From an uncultured Acidimicrobiaceae bacterium (lineage in GTDB: Bacteria; Actinomycetota; Acidimicrobiia; Acidimicrobiales; Bog-793), in NCBI GenBank assembly GCA_963836935.1, contig CAWILM010000030.1:20148-84147 (forward strand): DNA of 64,000 nt, read 5' to 3'. A model generated the notes under the pieces. It made no database searches. It was not told the origin of the DNA and saw nothing but the letters and a program-made list of their open reading frames with translations. The stretch's first letter is position 1; every line of letters begins with the position of its first letter. Shown here piece by piece: positions 60,166-64,000 of this stretch. The translations under genes and the position numbers were made by a program.

Positions 60166-60390
60166 ACAAGTGCTCCAGGACTAGGCGGGCTTGTGGCACC
60201 AGGCTACGGGATGCGTGCCCAGGTCACAAGAGCGGTCCGGGCCGGCGGCCGCCAACGTCCGTCCGGCGCCGGCCCCCAACCGGCCCGCGGCACCGCCGGA
60301 GCTCGGGGTTGGCCGGGCGAGAGTGGCACCGGACGACGACGGCAACGGGACCTTCGGCCCTAACGCACGACGGGCGCGACGGCTTTCATC

Positions 60391-61815
60391 ATGGCAATGA
60401 CGCTTGATCTTTCGCGCTGGCAGTTCGGGATCACGACCGTCTTCCACTTCATGTTCGTCCCGCTCACGATTGGCCTCGCCCTGCTCCTTGCGATCATGCA
60501 GACGGCGGCTTATCGGACCCGTCAAGACGTGGAGAGGCACGACAAGTGGGACCGCATCACGCGCTTTTGGCGGCGCCTGTTCCTGATCAACTTCGCCATC
60601 GGCGTGGTCACAGGCATCGTGCAGGAGTTCCAGTTCGGCATGAACTGGTCGCTCTATTCACGCTATGTGGGCAGTGTCTTCGGCGCCCCGCTTGCCGTCG
60701 AGGCGTTGCTGGCCTTCTTCTTGGAGTCGACATTCCTCGGGGTCTGGATCTTCGGCAAGGGCCGGGTCTCGGCGCGGGTCCATTTGGCGTCCATCTGGCT
60801 CGTCAGCGTCGGGACCATGCTGTCCGCCCTGTTCATCCTGGCGGCGAACGCCTGGATGCAGCACCCGGTCGGCTACAAGGTCGTCGGTAACCGTGCCGTG
60901 ATGACCAACTTCTGGGCGGTAATGACCAACAGCACCCTGATCGGCTCGTTCCTGCACGTCCTGTTCTCGGCGCTCGTGACCTCGACGATTCTCATCTTGG
61001 GCGTGAGCGGCTGGCACCTGTTGAAGGACCGGCGCGCCGGTCATGCACCCCGGCCGGTCTTCGCCACCTCGGCCAAACTGGCCCTCGTCGTAGGGGTGGT
61101 CGCCATTGTTGCCACGATGTTCTTCGGCGACAACCAGGCAAGGATCATGGAGCGTCAGCAGCCCATGAAGATGGCCGCCGCCGAGGCCATCTACAACACC
61201 CAGAACGGGGCAAGCTTCTCGCTACTCACGATCGGGGATCTGTCGGGCAACCCGATCTTCCAGATCCGGCTCCCCCACATGCTCTCTGTGCTGGCCGACA
61301 ACAACTGGGACGGTGCGGTGCAGGGCCTCAACCAGATCCAGGCCCGGGAAGTCGCCAAGTACGGACCGGGCAACTACAAGCCCATCTTGTGGGTCACCTA
61401 TTGGACCTTCCGGATAATGGTGGGCTGTGGGATCCTCATGCTCGTCTTGCTGGCCGCGGGCCTTTGGCTCATGCGCCGACGGCGTCTGGAGCAGTCGGCT
61501 TGGTTCTTGAGGATCTCGGTCTTCGCGATAGCGCTCCCCTTCGTCGCCAACACGACGGGTTGGATCTTCACCGAGATGGGGCGCCAGCCGTGGGTCGTCT
61601 ACGGGCTGCTCAAGACCTCCCAGGCCGTGTCGCACATCGGCACCGGCTATGTCGTGACGACGTTGGTCGGTTTCACGGCCATCTACAGCCTGCTGGCCGC
61701 GGTCGACTTCGGGCTCATGGCCCGGTATGCCCGCGACGAGGGGACGAGCGAAGAACACGACGACGAGCCTGAGCCCGAGCCCGGTGACGACCGGGTGCCG
61801 GCGCTCGTCTACTGA
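60391..61815 (+). CDS. cydA: cytochrome bd ubiquinol oxidase subunit I
   Basis: LSRWQFGITTVFHFMFVPLTIGL N-terminus, Q-loop, and GWIFTEMGRQPWVVYGLLKT. Canonical CydA, 474 aa. Confidence 0.93.
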   Translation: MAMTLDLSRWQFGITTVFHFMFVPLTIGLALLLAIMQTAAYRTRQDVERHDKWDRITRFWRRLFLINFAIGVVTGIVQEFQFGMNWSLYSRYVGSVFGAPLAVEALLAFFLESTFLGVWIFGKGRVSARVHLASIWLVSVGTMLSALFILAANAWMQHPVGYKVVGNRAVMTNFWAVMTNSTLIGSFLHVLFSALVTSTILILGVSGWHLLKDRRAGHAPRPVFATSAKLALVVGVVAIVATMFFGDNQARIMERQQPMKMAAAEAIYNTQNGASFSLLTIGDLSGNPIFQIRLPHMLSVLADNNWDGAVQGLNQIQAREVAKYGPGNYKPILWVTYWTFRIMVGCGILMLVLLAAGLWLMRRRRLEQSAWFLRISVFAIALPFVANTTGWIFTEMGRQPWVVYGLLKTSQAVSHIGTGYVVTTLVGFTAIYSLLAAVDFGLMARYARDEGTSEEHDDEPEPEPGDDRVPALVY

Positions 61816-61829
61816 GGCAAGGAGGAGCA

Positions 61830-62990
<1,161 letters not shown>

Positions 62991-63031
62991 CTACGTCGGA
63001 GCGACACCTGGGGGAGCTCATCGATTCCCGC

Positions 63032-64000
63032 TTGGCCCGCAAGACCGCCGTCACCCGCCGCCATCTCGCCCCAGCCGCGGCCGTCGGAGCCGCTGCGACC
63101 CTGTGCCTGGTGCTCCAGGCCGTCCTCATCGGTCTCATCGTCCAGCGGGCATTTCTCGAGCACCGCCCTCTCGGTCGGCTGGTCGGTTTGCTCGCCTGTC
63201 TCGGCGGCGCGTTCCTCACCCGGGCGGCGTTGGCATGGCTGGGCGAGTTGGCGGCGCACCGCACCTCGGCGAGCGTGACCTCCGCGTTGCGCCGTCAGCT
63301 GTTGTCGCGGGCCATCGCGCTGGGACCGTCGTGGCTGGCCGGCGAGCGCACCGGCGAGCTTCGCCTCGGTGACGACGCAGGGCGTCGCAGCACTAGAGGT
63401 CTATTTCGCCCGCTACCTGCCGACCGCCGTGGTGGCCGGCCTCGCGCCGCCGATGCTGCTGGCGTGGGTGCTGTGGTCCGACTGGCGCTCGTTTCTCATC
63501 CTCGCGGTGACAGTGTCGGTTATCCCACTTTTCATGGTCCTGCTGGGCCTCGAGGCCAAGCACCACGCCGAACGTCAGTGGAAACGCCTCTCCGGCTTGG
63601 CGGCCGCCTTCTTCGACCTGCTCCAGGGCCTGCCCACCCTGCGGGCCTTCAACCGCGCGCGCGAAGGGCGTCGCACGCTCGAAAGGGCTGCGGAGGACTT
63701 CCGGCTCGCCACCATGAGCACGCTGCGGCTCGCCTTCCTCTCGTCCCTGGCCCTCGAGGTACTCGCCGCGGTGGGCACGGCGCTCGTGGCGCTGTTCCTG
63801 GGGCTGAGGTTGCTGGACGGCTCGCTGCACCTCGCGGTCGGCCTTGCGGTCCTGGTGCTGGCTCCTGAGGTGTACCTGCCCCTGCGGCGAGCGGCGTCCG
63901 AGTTCCACGCCAGCACCGCGGGTCAGGCGGCAGCCGACCGGATCCTGGACATCCTGGACGAGCCGGTGCCAGCTGCGCCTGTTCGAGCGCAGACCGGGAC
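63032..64000 (+). CDS. cydD: thiol reductant ABC exporter CydD (partial, runs off window; one frame disruption as assembled)
   Basis: The TM domain of CydD begins just after cydB; the start is uncertain (TTG 63032 or earlier). Near 63360 the sensible sequence moves to frame 0 (ASVTTQGVAALEVYFARYLPTAVV...LAPEVYLPLRRAASEFHA...). That frame stays open to 64000, so it is absent from the ORF track. Confidence 0.8.

Overview
This is a high-GC chromosomal core segment (about two-thirds to 70% G+C by eye, not computed). Gene content and order match Actinomycetota. MreBCD-PBP2, a FliA/WhiG-type sigma factor and 'GYW...FGDA' repeat proteins suggest a deep-branching lineage such as Acidimicrobiia, but that is only a guess. 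I can support about 55 protein-coding genes.

Gene order, left to right:
- nitroreductase, PlsC-like acyltransferase, AroE-like dehydrogenase, SRPBCC protein
- NAD-dependent formate dehydrogenase operon fdsGBAD, with convergent fdhD
- DMT transporter, acylphosphatase
- minus-strand operon of class-III aminotransferase, SDR epimerase and triad-less alpha/beta-fold lipoprotein, divergent from lysine 6-aminotransferase (lat)
- ThDP enzyme
- SbcD-like nuclease plus a membrane-anchored SbcC/YhaN-like ATPase
- the block GNAT(Eis-like)-ispG-rseP-dxr-cdsA-frr-pyrH-tsf-rpsB-whiG-xerC
- mtrA-mtrB-(mini)lpqB, then rsfS-nadD, then class II DAHP synthase
- a 1087-aa secreted protein built from three ~255-aa super-repeats (18 blades) plus a glycoside-hydrolase-like C-terminal domain
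- the block rne-rplU-rpmA-algH-obg-proB-(hypothetical)-proA-MoxR-VWA-histidine phosphatase
- mreBCD-PBP2, then cydABD (cydD runs off the window)

I found no rRNA, tRNA, CRISPR array, transposase or prophage.

The dominant technical observation is at least 17 reading-frame disruptions in about 14 otherwise well-conserved genes, including dxr, proA, rseP, mreD and mtrB. Where I could pin a junction down, it sits in or beside a short G/C (in one case T) run. This looks more like homopolymer indel error in the assembly than real pseudogenisation, but the sequence alone cannot decide.

The most interesting biology:
- the triple-propeller/GH-like surface protein and its AT-rich promoter island
- the catalytic-triad-less lipoprotein with a perfect 30-bp tandem repeat
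- the MoxR-VWA pair translationally coupled to proA
- an uncharacterised helical protein inserted between proB and proA
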